Below are positions 61,648 through 64,000 of a stretch of 64,000 nt of DNA, piece by piece. Numbering within the stretch: the first letter of the stretch is position 1; every line of letters starts with the position of its first letter. A program made the translations under genes and the position numbers. This DNA comes from an uncultured Candidatus Saccharibacteria bacterium (GTDB lineage: Bacteria > Patescibacteriota > Minisyncoccia > Phycocordibacterales > UBA9973): the NCBI GenBank assembly GCA_964401705.1, contig CAYNZJ010000001.1, forward strand, positions 3,648 to 67,647, in the 5' to 3' direction. The notes under the pieces are model-generated. The model ran no database searches. It was not told where the DNA came from and saw only the letters and a program-made list of their open reading frames with translations.

Positions 61648-62841
61648 TTAAAACTTTGCCCGATCACCATTTTCATCATATCCATAAGATCTAATAAAAC
61701 CAGCGGCATTCCAGACCATATCAAAAACAGGTTTAAGAGCCTTAGTGATATCTTCCTCAAAGTCATTAATTATTACTTCAGGTAGATAAATTTCATTTTC
61801 TGTAATTTCGTTTGTATCTCTTGAGATATAGGAACTTTGTAGTTGGATGGAATAACCCTGAATTCCAATAATTGTAACAAAAATAAAATAAGGAGGCTCA
61901 ATTTCTAATATCTTCAATAAATCAAGGTTCTCTTTTATTGATTTAATCAAAACATTTTCAATTGCTACCATTGGTAAATTTTTTCTATCACCATCTTCGT
62001 ATGCAATTCTAGGAGCAATTATACGACAATCAAAACCTTCAATAGTTCCATTCCTAAATATCTGAGTATAACTGCTAGTTTTACCATTATTGCTTGAATA
62101 TACATAAACACCATCAAGGTTAATTCTATGACTATAACCAAAAGCATAGAGAGGCTTAAATAAATTTATTTTACCCTCACTAAGATCAAGCAATTGCTTA
62201 CTTGTTAGTTTATTTGTTTCTATGATTCCAGATAGCGGGACAATATGCGCAGTTAGAAAATTATCAGCACTCTCCAGGTTTACAGGGCCATCATTTGCCT
62301 TGATATCAAAAATTCTCTTTTTCCTAAATTCTCGAATAGTATCAATCATGCTCCCGTTAGCGCCAAAAGCACTTTTTAATTCAAATACATCCATCTCGTA
62401 TTTACCATTACTATTTCTTTTGTAAAATCGGTTTGAATTTTTGAAAACAACCCTATGAGGACTATTAAGACTTGGTTTAATTCTGATTATTAAAATGAAC
62501 TTTTTATCATCAACATCAATAACTTTTATGTCCGTATCAATTCTTGGAGATATCCCATCTCTAATTATGTTTTCCAGTCTTTGAATTTCAGTATCGGTAT
62601 TTTCTATTTCAATTCCAAAATCAGCCTTGATTTCTTTTTTGTCTTCAAACACTCCAAAAATTAAATCACCACCATCGGTATTAGCAAGAGATGAAACGTC
62701 CGCAAGAAATTCTTTCTTATCATCGTCTCCATTTCCTGGCAAGGCAGATTTGTATTCAAGGGTTTTACCTTCAAAAACCTGGTTATCAACCAGTTGCTTA
62801 ATGTCGTCTTTTGTTATTTCTGATAGTTTCTTTTGAATCAT
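61648..62841 (-). CDS. Schlafen/AlbA_2-domain protein
   Basis: EGKTLEYK, SLANTDGGDLIFGV, PH, FYKR. Confidence 0.82.
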   Translation of the reverse strand: MIQKKLSEITKDDIKQLVDNQVFEGKTLEYKSALPGNGDDDKKEFLADVSSLANTDGGDLIFGVFEDKKEIKADFGIEIENTDTEIQRLENIIRDGISPRIDTDIKVIDVDDKKFILIIRIKPSLNSPHRVVFKNSNRFYKRNSNGKYEMDVFELKSAFGANGSMIDTIREFRKKRIFDIKANDGPVNLESADNFLTAHIVPLSGIIETNKLTSKQLLDLSEGKINLFKPLYAFGYSHRINLDGVYVYSSNNGKTSSYTQIFRNGTIEGFDCRIIAPRIAYEDGDRKNLPMVAIENVLIKSIKENLDLLKILEIEPPYFIFVTIIGIQGYSIQLQSSYISRDTNEITENEIYLPEVIINDFEEDITKALKPVFDMVWNAAGFIRSYGYDENGDRAKF

Positions 62842-62918
62842 ATTATTCGAATTATTCTTTTTCCTTTCTGTTAGGCCCCTCTTTTGATTTAGCCAGGGCA
62901 ATCCTATTTATTAATAAA

Positions 62919-63122
62919 CTATTTGGATTGAACAAACCTAAATCCATCACCACCATTAGAGTGAGAAATATTGCCTGAAAAATTACCAATCTTTATTTGT
63001 TTTATCTCAACAGATATTTTACGAATTTCTTTTAAATCTTTTTTAGCAGAAATTGCGCTCAAGATTGAAACAACACCAGCAATAATTCCAACAGAGCTAG
63101 AAACAATACTGACTATATCCAT
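62919..63122 (-). CDS. Small membrane-anchored hypothetical protein
   Basis: 67 aa ORF with N-terminal TM helix. Confidence 0.45.
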   Translation of the reverse strand: MDIVSIVSSSVGIIAGVVSILSAISAKKDLKEIRKISVEIKQIKIGNFSGNISHSNGGDGFRFVQSK

Positions 63123-63161
63123 ATTTATTTATTTTAATTTATAATTGTGTGGATAACCGCT

Positions 63162-63190
63162 TTTACTTTCGGTATATATTCGGTTATAAT
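63162..63190 (+). promoter_or_regulatory. Promoter with direct-repeat operator
   Basis: TTTACT-17-TATAAT with TTCGGT-N5-TTCGGT in the spacer. Confidence 0.55.
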
Positions 63191-63216
63191 AGAATCATAA
63201 TAAAAATTAAAATAAT

Positions 63217-64000
63217 ATGCAAACTCTCACAAAAAAACAAAAAGAGGTCTTAGACTTTATTAAGGCCTACATTGCTAAAAACAATATATCTCCAACCATT
63301 GAAGAGATTCGTAAGAAATTAAAACTAAAAGCTATTTCAACCGTCCATGAACATATCGATTCCCTAAAAGAAAAAGGCTATATTTCTAAAACCCAAAATA
63401 TTTCACGGGGTATAACTCCCAAGAAAAAAATAGAGGATTATATTAAAATACCTCTTTTAGGTACAATTGCTGCTGGTCCAGCTAATGAAGCCGTAGAAGA
63501 ATTTAGTGGTTATATAAATTTACTGAAAAATGAAATAAAATCTCCAGAAAAATGTTACGCTCTTAAGGCTGTTGGAGATAGTATGATAGATGACGGAGTT
63601 TTTGATGGAGATATTGTTATTATTAGACAGCAAAATACTGCTGATGACGGTAAAATGGTAGTTGCTATTATTGATGATAACCAGACTACTTTAAAAAGAA
63701 TTTATCATGAGAAAAAAAGAATAAGACTTCAGCCAGCAAATCAAAATTTCTTACCATTTTATAGAACAGAGGTAGAAATTAGAGGTGTTGTAGAAAAAAT
63801 TATTAGAAACCCAAATAATGAAATTAATGATGAAGAAAAAGGATATAAAAATTTAAAAAATATTTCCACAAATCAAAATAATAAAATAAATAAATTCTAC
63901 AACAAAGATAAAAATGTAAAAATTTACCACGGTGACTCTTTAGATATATTAGATCAAGAAACTGATCTTAAATTTGATATGATTTATTTAGACCCACCTT
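63217..64000 (+). CDS. LexA repressor fused to N6/N4 DNA methyltransferase (3' partial, not in ORF track)
   Basis: Open frame read by hand: MQTLTKKQKEVLDFI..SPTIEEI..IAAG..GDSM..TTLKR, continuing to IYHGDSL..FDMIYLDPP. Confidence 0.85.
   Translation, partial: MQTLTKKQKEVLDFIKAYIAKNNISPTIEEIRKKLKLKAISTVHEHIDSLKEKGYISKTQNISRGITPKKKIEDYIKIPLLGTIAAGPANEAVEEFSGYINLLKNEIKSPEKCYALKAVGDSMIDDGVFDGDIVIIRQQNTADDGKMVVAIIDDNQTTLKRIYHEKKRIRLQPANQNFLPFYRTEVEIRGVVEKIIRNPNNEINDEEKGYKNLKNISTNQNNKINKFYNKDKNVKIYHGDSLDILDQETDLKFDMIYLDPP

Noticed and set aside
50337-63156. Replication origin
   Set aside because: The DnaA boxes are single and far apart, and dnaA/dnaN are absent from the window

Overview
AT-rich chromosome segment that looks like Candidate Phyla Radiation (Patescibacteria, Parcubacteria-like). 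The taxonomy is inferred from the gene set, the short AlaRS, Cys-rich paralogs, a LexA-methyltransferase fusion and leaderless promoters; no database search was run. Positions 1-7 kb hold three tandem Cys-rich paralogs and housekeeping genes. A ~16.6 kb integrated element (~6975-23558) is bounded by a 14-bp direct repeat that rebuilds an 11-6-11 dif/Xer-like palindrome. It carries a Bacteroidota-style backbone (integrase, excisionase, relaxase, MobC, coupling protein, oriT, ArdC) with an unused, intact tRNA-Leu attP inside it, plus a 5'-truncated Xer-like recombinase. Its cargo includes an orphan MazF/PemK with a convergent small RNA, a CARF-like sigma54-type activator plus HEPN gene pair, and two promoter-to-terminator structured RNA units. 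Positions 23.6-64 kb are mostly minus-strand core genes (asnB, gltX, F1Fo ATP synthase, tRNA-Ile, prfA, metK, dnaK/dnaJ, alaS, lexA), followed by small stress genes, an AlbA_2 protein and a LexA-DNA methyltransferase fusion cut by the window end.
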